The position numbers and the translations under genes are program-made. A DNA stretch of 64,000 nucleotides from Nemertoderma westbladi (lineage: Eukaryota; Animalia; Xenacoelomorpha), in assembly GCA_032718475.1 (NCBI GenBank), contig JAUCBJ010007200.1, positions 62,001-126,000 of the forward strand, given 5' to 3'. The stretch's first letter is position 1. The number at the start of each line of letters is the position of its first letter. Positions 24,931-35,741 of the stretch are shown here, piece after piece. The notes below the pieces were generated by a model, which saw nothing but the letters and a program-made list of their open reading frames with translations, searched no databases and had not been told where the DNA came from.

Positions 24931-27429
24931 ATGTCTGATACTAAGCAGAACCTGTCAGACAGTTTATTAGATGTAACTATCTGCGACTCAGATAGAGGCG
25001 TAGAACCGTCTAGTCGTAAGTTCAGTTCACCTCCCACTGTGAGGAAGGTCATCCCTCCTGTAGTAATAACAGAACCTAGGCTGGTCCAACATCGTAGGTC
25101 TATCATAGGCACTCGAGCTCAGGTCAAGCGGGACCAAGAAGCAGCAGAACAGCAACAACCCGCGAGCCAAGAACTTATTTCTCAACGGCCCAACAGCTCC
25201 AGTAGTGAAGACACTGTAGAACTGACACCCGAGCGCGGAGCAAGGATGACGGATGCGGTTTATTCGGATCCCCTTCTCATCCTTCCTGCAGCCGTACTCA
25301 CTAGGTTATTGATCGCTGTGGAAGAACACCAGATCGATTGGGCGAGAAGTAAGCGCTCAACTAAAGATAGTTATGCGGGATACACAAGGGAAGAACTGAA
25401 GTCTATGGTCGAGTCGCAATGGAACTTCCCCGGACCCGGACTCCCGTTTGATTTATCAGAAGCTGCCTGGGAAGACATACACCAGATGGGAGTAGCCAAG
25501 GAAACCATCGATCCAGCTGTGTGGAAGAGGTCCGCAGCCGGATACGCACAGGGATTCTTCAGCTCTATGGAGCGAGTAGAAAAACAACTGTTACAACAAC
25601 TTCAAGGACCTCAAGAGCAGGGACAACTGCTTTATCAAGTTAGAGAAAGAATTCTGCGAATCAGGCTAATATTATCAGCCTTTGAAGAGGCTTCTAAAAG
25701 AAGACAAGACACGTCGTTGCAAGTTGCCGTAAAGACTTGGTTTCAACGGGTGAGTCGCCAGGTTCAAGGAACAGCTCAGTGGAAAGCTCAGCTGGAGGAG
25801 CGCTCAACCCATGGAGAATCAACAGACGCTACTTTTTCCCAAGTGGAAAGTGAAGCGACGGCAGAGAAACCGCATAAGAGAGATGCCATCGACATCTATC
25901 TGTCAGACTATCAACGTTTTTTAGGTGATGACGAGTTGAGGAGAAGGTTAGATGGACTTAGCCCTAATAGCGAAGGAACTCAGCGTGTGTTGGATGCCAT
26001 CGATGTGGAAATGAGGGCTGCGAATCAGGCTAAATTTGATGAACAACTCCGCCTGACACGAGTCCAAGAAGAACAAGTAAAGAAAAAACGTATAGAAGAC
26101 AGAAAGAAAGCAGCAGTGGTAGCTGCAGAAGCAGAAAGAAAAGCGGCAGCGGCAGAAGCAGCGGCAGAGGCAAAAGCGGCAGCGGCAGCGGCAGAAGCAA
26201 AAGCGGCCGAAGCTGAAAGAAAGGCGGCAGAGGCAGTGGCAGAAGCAGAACGGAGAGCGACTGAAGAAACCACCCAATTAGAATTGGAAAACATTCAGGA
26301 GAATCAAGACTGCATAAATAAACAGTTAACAGCTAGTAATATGCAGATGATGAATCGATCTACTCCCAAAAGACAGGGATATACATCATCTGAGGAAGGC
26401 GATACCACCGATACTGAAGGCAAAGGAAATAGATCTCGTCTAAGCAGACGTAAAAGAACATTCCACTGTCAGAAATTGCCTGATTTGCCTCCAGCTGTTA
26501 GAAGGCAACTAAATAACACCAACTTAGGTAGTACAGAGCCCACAGACCAAATAATTAAAATAGAAAGACTCCCTACTATAGTAGATGAGCCTGAAATAAT
26601 TAGGCCTGTTTTTGAAATCACCCCTTCGGTGATAGACACACCTGTGCTCCCTGAAGCTACCTCTAAATTCCCTCTGCATAGCACTAAGCTACCTGTGCCC
26701 AGTAGAACTGCCCAGGAGACAGTTCAGGTCCTGGACCCCGAGCGAAATATTCATGATTTGTCGCCCGTTGTCCCTCGTCCGCCCGCTACAACGTTGGCGA
26801 CTCCCGCTTCGGCGGTCGAATGGGTGGACGAGAGACGGCGGGGGATGGATCTCCTGCTCGGGCAGATGCAGGAGACTGTTCAGCAATTCAAGGGCACAGT
26901 AAGGGAAAGTAGGCTAGAGTTGCAAGAAGTGCAGCAAAGTATCGCGCTAGAACGCGATAAATTAGTAAATACACAAAGGGGTATACCACCACCCTCGGTA
27001 ACAATGTGTCAACCTGTTAGGTCTGAAGTATCTCATGCGCAAGGTGTGGAGCCTACACGCATATATACTGCTAGCGAAGTAGAAACTCCTATAGTGAACC
27101 CTATTAAGGGTAATTATAGACCTGTTGATAATGACATTCCCTATAGACCTGATCATAATCCGATAAATTTATATACCGATAACTCGATATTAAATAACAC
27201 GATGGCCCAAGAAAGTTTTACGCGTCAAATGGCTAGAACCGAAGCCCGGCAAGCGGTGAAGGTGGGAGAGATCGTCAAGTTCAATGGAGATGAGATGAAA
27301 TGGTTACCTTTTAATGAATATTACAAAGATAACATACAGAACTCTGTACTATCTAATGGAGAGAAACTTAGATTCCTCATCGAGTGCTTGGAAGGATCTC
27401 CCAAGTTAATGGCGTTAAAGTTTATTTGA
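24931..27429 (+). CDS. BEL gag-pol part 1: long N-terminal coiled-coil/Ala-rich region and start of the Gag DUF1759-type domain (ends at a GGA>TGA nonsense)
   Basis: 832-aa ORF. Copies A and C read ...LKFIGHPDG through this codon. The downstream ORF at 27505 is in the same frame. Confidence 0.9.
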   Translation: MSDTKQNLSDSLLDVTICDSDRGVEPSSRKFSSPPTVRKVIPPVVITEPRLVQHRRSIIGTRAQVKRDQEAAEQQQPASQELISQRPNSSSSEDTVELTPERGARMTDAVYSDPLLILPAAVLTRLLIAVEEHQIDWARSKRSTKDSYAGYTREELKSMVESQWNFPGPGLPFDLSEAAWEDIHQMGVAKETIDPAVWKRSAAGYAQGFFSSMERVEKQLLQQLQGPQEQGQLLYQVRERILRIRLILSAFEEASKRRQDTSLQVAVKTWFQRVSRQVQGTAQWKAQLEERSTHGESTDATFSQVESEATAEKPHKRDAIDIYLSDYQRFLGDDELRRRLDGLSPNSEGTQRVLDAIDVEMRAANQAKFDEQLRLTRVQEEQVKKKRIEDRKKAAVVAAEAERKAAAAEAAAEAKAAAAAAEAKAAEAERKAAEAVAEAERRATEETTQLELENIQENQDCINKQLTASNMQMMNRSTPKRQGYTSSEEGDTTDTEGKGNRSRLSRRKRTFHCQKLPDLPPAVRRQLNNTNLGSTEPTDQIIKIERLPTIVDEPEIIRPVFEITPSVIDTPVLPEATSKFPLHSTKLPVPSRTAQETVQVLDPERNIHDLSPVVPRPPATTLATPASAVEWVDERRRGMDLLLGQMQETVQQFKGTVRESRLELQEVQQSIALERDKLVNTQRGIPPPSVTMCQPVRSEVSHAQGVEPTRIYTASEVETPIVNPIKGNYRPVDNDIPYRPDHNPINLYTDNSILNNTMAQESFTRQMARTEARQAVKVGEIVKFNGDEMKWLPFNEYYKDNIQNSVLSNGEKLRFLIECLEGSPKLMALKFI

Positions 27430-27504
27430 CATCCAGACGGATTAAGACAAGTTTGGGATACACTAAACATCAGGTATGGTAATAGGAATAACATAGCTGG
27501 GTAT

Positions 27505-30500
27505 TTGTATGCAAAGTTGGTAGCGCCCCGAAAGTTTATTAGCAACGGGATTATAGAGTTTTCCGATGAAATTCAGGAGATCTGCAGACAATTAGATTGG
27601 CTAGGTAAGTCTCATGAGTATCAGAGTGCTATGGTTATTAGAGCAGTGGCTTCTACTTTACCGAAGGGTGGAGTAGGTACACGCTGGGACAAGAAAGTGT
27701 TATACATGATGGAACAACAACAACGAGACCCTACCATGACTGATCTCATGACATTCTTGGATGGCGAAGTGAAATTACAGCTCATAAAGCAGTCCAGAGA
27801 GAAGACATCGGAAAACAAGGTAAGTGAGAAACCTGTCTCCAGAAGAAAGGTGACACCAGTGTGTTATACCGACGACGGCGAAAGCCAAGCTTCCCAAGGG
27901 GAGGATAGCGGGAAAGACACTGAAAGATCTTATTATGTCAATAAAACACCTAACGAACAGGGAAGTAAATTTAAGTCTCGATCCAATGACAAGAGAGAAC
28001 AGGTAAGAAAAACTCCTCCTACGTCTCCCAAGAGAATTCAGGTAAGAAAGCCCGAAGAAAGAACGAGAGTGCACACTGTCACCCAAAATAAGGTAAGTAA
28101 CATCAAACCGAAATGTGCGCTGTGTTACGGGACCCACCGTTTGAATATGTGTGATGAATTCCTGAAGAAGTCATTAACGGAGAGACGCGAAGTCATGTGG
28201 GATAAGCGGTTATGTTATAATTGCCTCAGACAAGGACACCAACGGCGAACCTGTTACTCTGACATAAGGTGTGCAAAGTGTGGTGCGAAACATCATATCT
28301 TGTTGCACGATGAATTCGATCGAAATAGTCCTAATCAGGTAAGTGATTCCGAACTACATGTCCAATTCAGTGATGTGAACGACACTGATCAATCTGAGAT
28401 GGAAGGATTCTATACGGACGAGTTCTCCGACGAAAACGAATCCTGTTACATGATAAATACCGCAGTGTATCGAGCACTCACATATGAAAAAGATACAGAC
28501 AGCGACTTCACTCTAACTACTTCTGATCGACAACCATCGTGGAAAGCACCAATTTCCGATGTAGGAATCCGAGAATTTCCTGTAGTCCAGTTACGGGTCC
28601 ATGGACCTCAGAAGAGCTATATAGTGAACGCCCTCCTGGACTCCGGCAGCACAGGAACATTCATTGATAAAGAACTAGCCGAAGACATCTTCGCTGGACA
28701 ACCCAAGTTCCGAACCAAGCTAAATATGTCAGGAATTATGCAAGTTTGGAAATCTACAATAACAGCGGATTATTATGTAGGAGCGTTGTCCACCCCCCAG
28801 GACGAACTAGGAGAACATAGCATAAGGTCAGTGAAAATGGTGGCTATAAAGAACTTCGCTACTACTCAAGCAGACCTTTATAATTGGGACGAGGATGAGA
28901 GCATCCAACATCTTAAGATACCTCGATTCCAGACTGATTATCCTGGAGTGCAAATACTCATCGGCCAAAACGCGCATGAGGCGCTGGAGACATTAGAGAA
29001 ACGGCCTGCTCAACCACAGCCACTACAGACCTATGCGGTAAGAACTAGAGTAGGTTGGTACTTTACTGGCCCTTCCCGTAGAACACTCAGAGAAAGACTA
29101 CCGCAAGACCGCGTCTGCCAGGTGAGTGAATGGGAAGATGATACTAGTGAGGGAGACGATTTAACTGAGGGAACCCCATACTCCTCAGATAACGACGACG
29201 TTCACCAGCTTTTTGATGAGGAGAATACCATCGATCTCCTTAAGGAAAACGAGGCTTGGCAAAACCAAGTGAACTTATGTCAACTTCTTTATCCATCTGA
29301 ACAAGAAGCTTATAACGACGAGTTAAATGATGTCATTGAGCGTTGTAATGCCAAGACTCGAGATGAACATGCCGTACGATTCTTTACGCAAGAGGCGGTA
29401 GAGCCCAATTCCTACGATAAAGCTTTGTCGGTGGAAGAGGAAAGGGCCAAGCAGATCCAAGAGACAACTACACGTTTCCTCAAAGATCAAGGTAGGTATG
29501 AAGTCGGTCTACCTTTCCGCAAGAGAGAACCGAAGTTCATCAATAACAGACCCTTGGCGGAAAAAAGAATCGCGCAACTCCAACGACGCCTTACGGCTAA
29601 TTCTTCAGCTAAAGAAATGTATCAAACACAGCTGGAGAAATTTATTAGTAAGGGATACGCGGAGAGAGTACCGGAAGAAACACCTGTGACTGAAAGAACG
29701 TATTACTTAACTCACCATTACGTTCCAAAGCCCGGTAAACCACATGAAGTGAGAGTAGTGTTTGATGGCTCCGCTCTTTACATGGGTCAATCCCTTAACT
29801 CTGAATTGTTACCCGGACCCAACTTACTTCAATCTTTGTTGGGAATTCTTTTAAGATTGAGACAATATTCGATTGCTTTCGCCTCCGATATAGAAGGCAT
29901 GTTCTTACAAGTCAAAGTGTTAGATAGGGATCGATATAGTCTACGATTTCTGTGGTGGCCCGAAGGAGACCTCAACCAGAAACCGGTGGAGTACTGGATG
30001 ACCATCCAGGCCTTTGGGATAATCTCAAGCCCTTCCAACGCCTGTTCGGTAGTGCGTACCACTGCAGAGGACAACCGAGAGGCATTCTCTAAGGAAGTGA
30101 TCGACAACATCAAGCGGGACATATACATGGACGACAATCTGAAGTCCCTCCCATCAGTTGAGGAAGCCATTGAGGTCGCTAAAGGAACGGTAGAGTGCTT
30201 AAAAAGAGGTGGGTTTCGATTAACGAAATTCACCAGCAACTCCCGTGAGTTTCTGGAGTCGATCCCTGCGGAAGATCGAGGGGCGAAAGATCTAGATTTG
30301 ATCAAAGATGATCTGCCAGAAACCAAGACACTCGGCTTGAAATGGGACACAGAGCGAGATATCCTGTTTTTCCAGCTAAAACAGCGAGATAATCCAGTTC
30401 GAACCAAACGGATTTGCTTAAGTATACTGAGCACTTATTTCGATCCATTGGGATTTATTAGCCCAGTTATATTGATTGCTCGTAGTTTGGTACAACAAAT

Positions 30501-30879
30501 GTGGCTTGAAAACCACTCATGGGACGATCCACTTAAGGGAGAATTATTAAAGAAGTGGATGAAATGGGAAGATTCTCTGCCGGCTATCGAGGATTTTATA
30601 ATTTCCCGTTCATATTTTGGTCATGTTCTCCCTACGTATTCTTATCAACTCCATGTGTTTGGAGACGCCAGCGATATGGCAATAGGTATAGTAGCCTATC
30701 TAAGAGTGGAAACTCCGGATGGAATCAAAGTCGCCTTGGTTACTTCTAAGGCATTAATCAACAACAAGTTGAAAGTTCCTCGAGCGGAGTTAAAAGCGGC
30801 TCTATACGCTACAGCCATCGGCCGGAATGTAACAGAACAGATTGACTATCCATTAGAGAAAACTGTCTATTGGCTATAA
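27505..30879 (+). CDS. BEL gag-pol part 2: zinc knuckles, aspartic protease, reverse transcriptase, RNase H
   Basis: CALCYGTHRLNMC / CYNCLRQGHQRRTC / CAKCGAKHHILLH; ALLDSGST; RVVFDGS, GPNLL, SDIEGMFLQV, YMDD; HVFGDAS, PRAELKAA. Confidence 0.95.
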   Translation: MYAKLVAPRKFISNGIIEFSDEIQEICRQLDWLGKSHEYQSAMVIRAVASTLPKGGVGTRWDKKVLYMMEQQQRDPTMTDLMTFLDGEVKLQLIKQSREKTSENKVSEKPVSRRKVTPVCYTDDGESQASQGEDSGKDTERSYYVNKTPNEQGSKFKSRSNDKREQVRKTPPTSPKRIQVRKPEERTRVHTVTQNKVSNIKPKCALCYGTHRLNMCDEFLKKSLTERREVMWDKRLCYNCLRQGHQRRTCYSDIRCAKCGAKHHILLHDEFDRNSPNQVSDSELHVQFSDVNDTDQSEMEGFYTDEFSDENESCYMINTAVYRALTYEKDTDSDFTLTTSDRQPSWKAPISDVGIREFPVVQLRVHGPQKSYIVNALLDSGSTGTFIDKELAEDIFAGQPKFRTKLNMSGIMQVWKSTITADYYVGALSTPQDELGEHSIRSVKMVAIKNFATTQADLYNWDEDESIQHLKIPRFQTDYPGVQILIGQNAHEALETLEKRPAQPQPLQTYAVRTRVGWYFTGPSRRTLRERLPQDRVCQVSEWEDDTSEGDDLTEGTPYSSDNDDVHQLFDEENTIDLLKENEAWQNQVNLCQLLYPSEQEAYNDELNDVIERCNAKTRDEHAVRFFTQEAVEPNSYDKALSVEEERAKQIQETTTRFLKDQGRYEVGLPFRKREPKFINNRPLAEKRIAQLQRRLTANSSAKEMYQTQLEKFISKGYAERVPEETPVTERTYYLTHHYVPKPGKPHEVRVVFDGSALYMGQSLNSELLPGPNLLQSLLGILLRLRQYSIAFASDIEGMFLQVKVLDRDRYSLRFLWWPEGDLNQKPVEYWMTIQAFGIISSPSNACSVVRTTAEDNREAFSKEVIDNIKRDIYMDDNLKSLPSVEEAIEVAKGTVECLKRGGFRLTKFTSNSREFLESIPAEDRGAKDLDLIKDDLPETKTLGLKWDTERDILFFQLKQRDNPVRTKRICLSILSTYFDPLGFISPVILIARSLVQQMWLENHSWDDPLKGELLKKWMKWEDSLPAIEDFIISRSYFGHVLPTYSYQLHVFGDASDMAIGIVAYLRVETPDGIKVALVTSKALINNKLKVPRAELKAALYATAIGRNVTEQIDYPLEKTVYWL

Positions 30880-30895
30880 AACTGTCTATTTACTC

Positions 30896-33016
30896 GTGTT
30901 AGAGTATATAACCAATGAAGTCTGTCAGTTCAGCATCTTCGTTACCAACAGAGTAGCCATCATACTTAGTCGCACGACGATGGACCAATGGAGACATTGC
31001 CCCGGAACGATTAATCCAGCAGACATCGCTTCCCGAGGAGCGACTCCAAAGGAATTGGTAAATACTCCCGAATGGTTAGGTGGAGCCGACTTTCTCTACA
31101 GAGAAGAAGAAGAATGGCCTCCCCATCTCACAACAGCAGAGATCAGACAGGCCAAGGGAGCGGAGAAAGTTAAACCCAAAACTCGAGCGAGTAAATCGAA
31201 GTTGTTTAAACCTGCGGTTGATCTATCTGTATTATTTACTTCCGGAGAGGATGCTTTGGATCAGAAACCCACCACCACGACTAAAGAAGTCTTGGAAATC
31301 TGTGACAAGGATTGGAAATCTGGTATACCAGATATCGCGCAAGGACTCTCACCCCTCTTGCAGAGAGCGATACGTCACTACAGCTCCTGGAATCGGCTCT
31401 GTAAAGCCGTCACCTATTTAAAACGATGTTTTCATCATCGTTACTCCGGGACAAAGACCACTAGTGATGATGCTCCATCAACATCTGCACGAGTCCATGT
31501 TGTTAAAGATCTTCCCAAATACAAGATATCCGACAGGTTTCTAAAGGAGAAGATCAGTTACCAGGAGCATGATGAAACCAACAAACAGATGCTGAGACTC
31601 CTACAATGCTATGAGGATCCCGATAAGTATTTCCTGTTGTTAAGAAATCCGCAGATGCGCTTAAGGGATCGCTTCTCTAGTACCATGATAGATGGGTTAA
31701 TACGTGTTGGAGGCAGGCTTACCAACGCCCCATTATCCTTTGACACTAAATTTCCCATACTCATTAGAAATCTTGACATACAAATCAAGATGATTGTAGA
31801 TGTTCATAGCAAACTGTATCATGCTGGAAGAGAACGAGTTCTGAGCGAAATTCGAACTCGCTTCTATTTTTATAAACCCCGTAGGGCTCTGAACCAAGTC
31901 CTTAGGAACTGCATACCCTGTAGGAAAGCATTCAGTAGGCCTTTGACACAGCGAGAGGCAGAATTACCTAGGGAAAGAGTAAGCTTCTATGAACCCCCCT
32001 TTACCAATACCGGTGTGGATTTATTTGGCCCTATTGAAGTATATCGTGCCCGGACTATAGTCAAGAGATGGTGTGTCATCTTCGTTTGTATGACTTGTAG
32101 AGCTATCCATCTCGATATGGTAAACGATCTATCCACCAACAGCTTCGTGTTGAGTTTACGACGACAGATCGCTCGTTTCGGAACCAGTAACATGATGAGA
32201 TCGGATAAGGGAACGAACTTCATTGGCGCCAACAACGAAATTCAAGCTTACGTAAAGGACTGGAACAAAAGACAGGTGGACGATCAGCTAAAGATAACAG
32301 CGTCTAGCTGGACCTTCAACGCCGCCGACGCCCCTTGGTGGGGAGGAAGTTGGGAGAGATTGATTAGGAGCATGAAGACTGCGTTCCACTTTATTGTACC
32401 TTGTCGCGCTTATCTCACCGACGAACTATTGCGGACGTTAATGGAGGAAATCGCCGCCTATCTCAACGAAAGACCGCTTATGCCAGTCTCTTCAAGTCCT
32501 GATTCCCTGGAAGCGCTAACACCCGCGCACTTTCTACTGAAGAAACCCGTAGCCATGCTCCCACAATCGGAGATCACAGACGGAGACGAGTACTGCCGTC
32601 GAACCTGGCAACTTATGCAGTTGCTATCCCGTCGTTTCGCTGACCATTTCGAGAAACATTACCTGCCCACTCTACAACTTCGAACTAAGTGGTTTGCGCA
32701 GCAAGAAAACGTCAGCGCTGGAGACATGGTGCTTATTGTGGACCCCGACCTCCCACGTAAGCGATGGCAAACAGGATGTATCATCGAGACTTATATCTCG
32801 AGCGATGGTTTGGTGCGATCAGTAGAACTCGTCGTCATGCGGCGTAACTTTAAGAAACCAGGGATAGTCTTTGAGACTCAACAGCTCAACCGCCCAGTGG
32901 GTCGTTTATGTTTACTGGAAAGAGACAGAGAGCTCTCCGGAAACTATGGAAGGCAAGAAACTCTTCCCACGACCACTTCCCTAATCCAACCGACATCTAG
33001 GGACTCCCCAACTTAA
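30896..33016 (+). CDS. BEL gag-pol part 3: end of RNase H, integrase (HHCC, DDE), DUF5641-type C-terminus
   Basis: WRHCPGTINPADIASRG; H-x3-YH...CIPC; GVDLFGP, RSDKGTNF, GGSWERLIRSMK; GDMVLI...DGLVRSV. Frameshifted from part 2 by a lesion at ~30870-30890. Confidence 0.95.
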   Translation: MLEYITNEVCQFSIFVTNRVAIILSRTTMDQWRHCPGTINPADIASRGATPKELVNTPEWLGGADFLYREEEEWPPHLTTAEIRQAKGAEKVKPKTRASKSKLFKPAVDLSVLFTSGEDALDQKPTTTTKEVLEICDKDWKSGIPDIAQGLSPLLQRAIRHYSSWNRLCKAVTYLKRCFHHRYSGTKTTSDDAPSTSARVHVVKDLPKYKISDRFLKEKISYQEHDETNKQMLRLLQCYEDPDKYFLLLRNPQMRLRDRFSSTMIDGLIRVGGRLTNAPLSFDTKFPILIRNLDIQIKMIVDVHSKLYHAGRERVLSEIRTRFYFYKPRRALNQVLRNCIPCRKAFSRPLTQREAELPRERVSFYEPPFTNTGVDLFGPIEVYRARTIVKRWCVIFVCMTCRAIHLDMVNDLSTNSFVLSLRRQIARFGTSNMMRSDKGTNFIGANNEIQAYVKDWNKRQVDDQLKITASSWTFNAADAPWWGGSWERLIRSMKTAFHFIVPCRAYLTDELLRTLMEEIAAYLNERPLMPVSSSPDSLEALTPAHFLLKKPVAMLPQSEITDGDEYCRRTWQLMQLLSRRFADHFEKHYLPTLQLRTKWFAQQENVSAGDMVLIVDPDLPRKRWQTGCIIETYISSDGLVRSVELVVMRRNFKKPGIVFETQQLNRPVGRLCLLERDRELSGNYGRQETLPTTTSLIQPTSRDSPT

Positions 33017-33560
33017 TATCGTTCGGAGTGGGCGTGTGACTCTATTATTTTATATTATTTTATTATTTTTATATTTATGTATGTATTACTATGTAATTTT
33101 ATTATAATCGTTTTATTTAATTTAGTAGAATATTATTTAGCGATTATTTAGTAGAATAGTGCAATATATTCGTGTTTATTGCGTACGTAATTACTTATAT
33201 TATATTTAGTGTGACGGTGAGAAACAAGTGTTTTTCTCTTTCCTTACTGTCCGTATTATATTATAAATACGTAACTACAGTAAGATGAAATGTCCGTACT
33301 TATTAAAGTACAATAAAGCCACTACTATATTCAAGTATTATTGGTAGGCAGAGTATTAGGAATGCAAAGTTCAGATCCTCGTGTCTCGGCTAAACCAAGC
33401 TCTGGGTAGACCTTGGAAACGACTTGCCTCTTCACACTAACATTGCTTCGTGCGATATTGCTCTCATACCTTATATTAAATAATACATATAGTAGCGTGA
33501 TGTCCCTTTAACAGTAGCGTATAACGCAAAATAAATCTGTTAAACCCTTTGACCATCTGT

Positions 33561-33850
33561 AATTCTAGTCGATTAAGATATCGCGGCACCCACCGATATA
33601 CTTGAAAGACAAATTCTAGAATCAGTGGTTAACGTCCCCAGACAAGTTCTGGAATAAATTGGTGCCCATCTCAAATATTAATTATTTAATATTTGCAAAT
33701 CTAATAAATCAAATCTGTAAAATTCAGATCCTTCAACAATTCTAGTCAATTAAGATATCGTAGCATTTACCGATATTCTTAAAAAGACAATTTTCATAGA
33801 ATTAAGGATCTTGTGTCCCCAGACATGTTCTAGAATCAAAATATGTCCAT
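33561..33850 (+). repeat. Duplicated module (period ~177 bp) in the non-coding region after pol
   Basis: AATTCTAGTC(G/A)ATTAAGATATCG...GTCCCCAGACA.GTTCT.GAAT at ~33561 and ~33738. Also present in copy A (~7895-8180). Confidence 0.8.
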
Positions 33851-34665
33851 TTAATTATCAAATAATAAAATTTCAGGGAATAAATTTAAATTCATGCCTT
33901 TTAATGAATTTAATAAATTGCCATTTTTACGCAATTTACAACATTCCCAAAATTCCATTAATTAATAGATCAAGGGAGCGGAGATTTATCTATTATGCGT
34001 ATGAGTGTGCGAAAGTCTCCCAAACATAGTCAATAGCCGATAAAATTCATAAAGTCATGTATCAAACAGGACATTGACTATTAAAGAATTACTATTAAAT
34101 AACATCCCAGATCTGTATGCATGGGAATTACCCTAATTCTACCGCTAGCTTTACATAATGTCACCATAGCAACAACCACGCTAGAATTAGAATTGAGTTA
34201 AAAGAACAATAGAAAGCTTGTCCCATTGAATAGCATAGGGAATAAATAGCGCACTGCTAGTATCCAAGGATACATAATAATACAGTGACATTCTGGAAGG
34301 CATTGACTAACTGACAAATGGCCCGAATGTGCGTAGTTGTGACCAGTTGTGTGGTATTTGTGAGTTTATAGGTGAATGTTACTGCTAAAGTGTGTTTACA
34401 GTAGCTAGTCGCAATCGTGAAAGTAACCTAACTCTCCAAGGAAAACCTGAAGTACATCTAAGCCTTTGGGACGGACAGTGGAGTGACTTGTGCCGGTTAT
34501 CGTTGTCGTTGTACGGCTACGTCGTTGGCGAAAGTACAGCGACAGCGGTACATCGGCGCTGAGAATCTCACACTGTCCGGGGGCAAGGGAGAAGTAGGCA
34601 GCGACGCCCGCTCGCCTAATAAATATATAAACTCATTATAATATTGGTGAACTCGTATAGCAGAT

Positions 34666-35487
34666 ATGACGGAATTAATAGAAGATGATCTTGGTATCAG
34701 GGAGAGATATACTCTACCTTTACAAGCGTTTGTCGATAGCTTGATACGCGGCGACACTGATCCAACTACTACGGAGGACGATGGTCGTTACATCGAACCG
34801 CCAATGTCCCAGGAGCAACTTACGCGTGAATTGGACTATAGAAAATTCACTGCTCGCTATACGCATCGTAATGGTACGTATATGGACTTCCTGACTACTG
34901 GTCATCCTATTGATTTACACGGCACCGACGATGTAGACACCGAAAGGGAAATGGTTTTATTTAAATATCATACCCAGCGGAAGCGGAACGATAAACTGAG
35001 ACTCGAACACGAAAATTCTATTCGAAACCGACTCGAAAGTGCAGATGTCGAAGAGCCGGATAAACGCAGCGACTCCACCAAATACCTGGAATGCTTGAGA
35101 GAAACCTATCTCGATATTACCAGTCAACAGAATCTAGAAACTCGATATCCTCAAGGTATACATCATGACCGCATGGTAGAACTCAAACGGCTCTGTTCCA
35201 CTATGATGTATCTTACCGCTGATCGACCGCTGCCTGTTGCACCGGATAGCTTCGAACGGATGGAGGAGTATTGTGAACTGGAGAAAGATCACTCGAGTTT
35301 CCCCTACAAGACGTACGTCTTTGGTGTTGTTGCGATGGATGCCCTAGACCCAACCAACAAACGGAAAGACCTAAACATCCGTGGAGACGTTGTATTAAAC
35401 ACGGTTTTACTCGCTATATTTACGGGAGTTTCGAGCGAAATTTGTTTGACGTATCACCTACGCTCGTTCGACTCAGACGATCCTTAA
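34666..35487 (+). CDS. Accessory ORF2 of BEL element, 273 aa, unknown function, not env-like
   Basis: ATG-initiated ORF between pol and the 3' LTR, preceded by TATATAAA at 34624-34631. Homolog in copy A. No signal peptide or clear C-terminal membrane anchor. Confidence 0.65.
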   Translation: MTELIEDDLGIRERYTLPLQAFVDSLIRGDTDPTTTEDDGRYIEPPMSQEQLTRELDYRKFTARYTHRNGTYMDFLTTGHPIDLHGTDDVDTEREMVLFKYHTQRKRNDKLRLEHENSIRNRLESADVEEPDKRSDSTKYLECLRETYLDITSQQNLETRYPQGIHHDRMVELKRLCSTMMYLTADRPLPVAPDSFERMEEYCELEKDHSSFPYKTYVFGVVAMDALDPTNKRKDLNIRGDVVLNTVLLAIFTGVSSEICLTYHLRSFDSDDP

Positions 35488-35496
35488 ATAAACCAA

Positions 35497-35741
35497 TGAT
35501 CAGAGTTCCGGAATACTCGATCAGACCTCCTCATTCCCTAGTGAGACCTCAGACTCTTGATCCTATTAGTATGACGGATTCTCCCGAGCTGTACTCACTG
35601 TTCAAAGATCTAGTGTTACCTGAACAATTAGTCAGTGGCACCCCGGTTGTGGGCTTCCTAGATATTAGCCCATCTTACTTAGCCGTATTGGGACGCGGAC
35701 ACCTAATATCGCCATTCAACCGTATAGTCGTCCCAGTTTAA
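35497..35741 (+). CDS. Small accessory ORF3 (~81 aa), hypothetical
   Basis: ATG about 10 nt after the ORF2 stop; open in both copies. Confidence 0.35.

Noticed and set aside
27427-27429. Programmed stop read-through between gag and pol
   Set aside because: The stop lies inside Gag and copies A and C have GGA here; it is a nonsense mutation.
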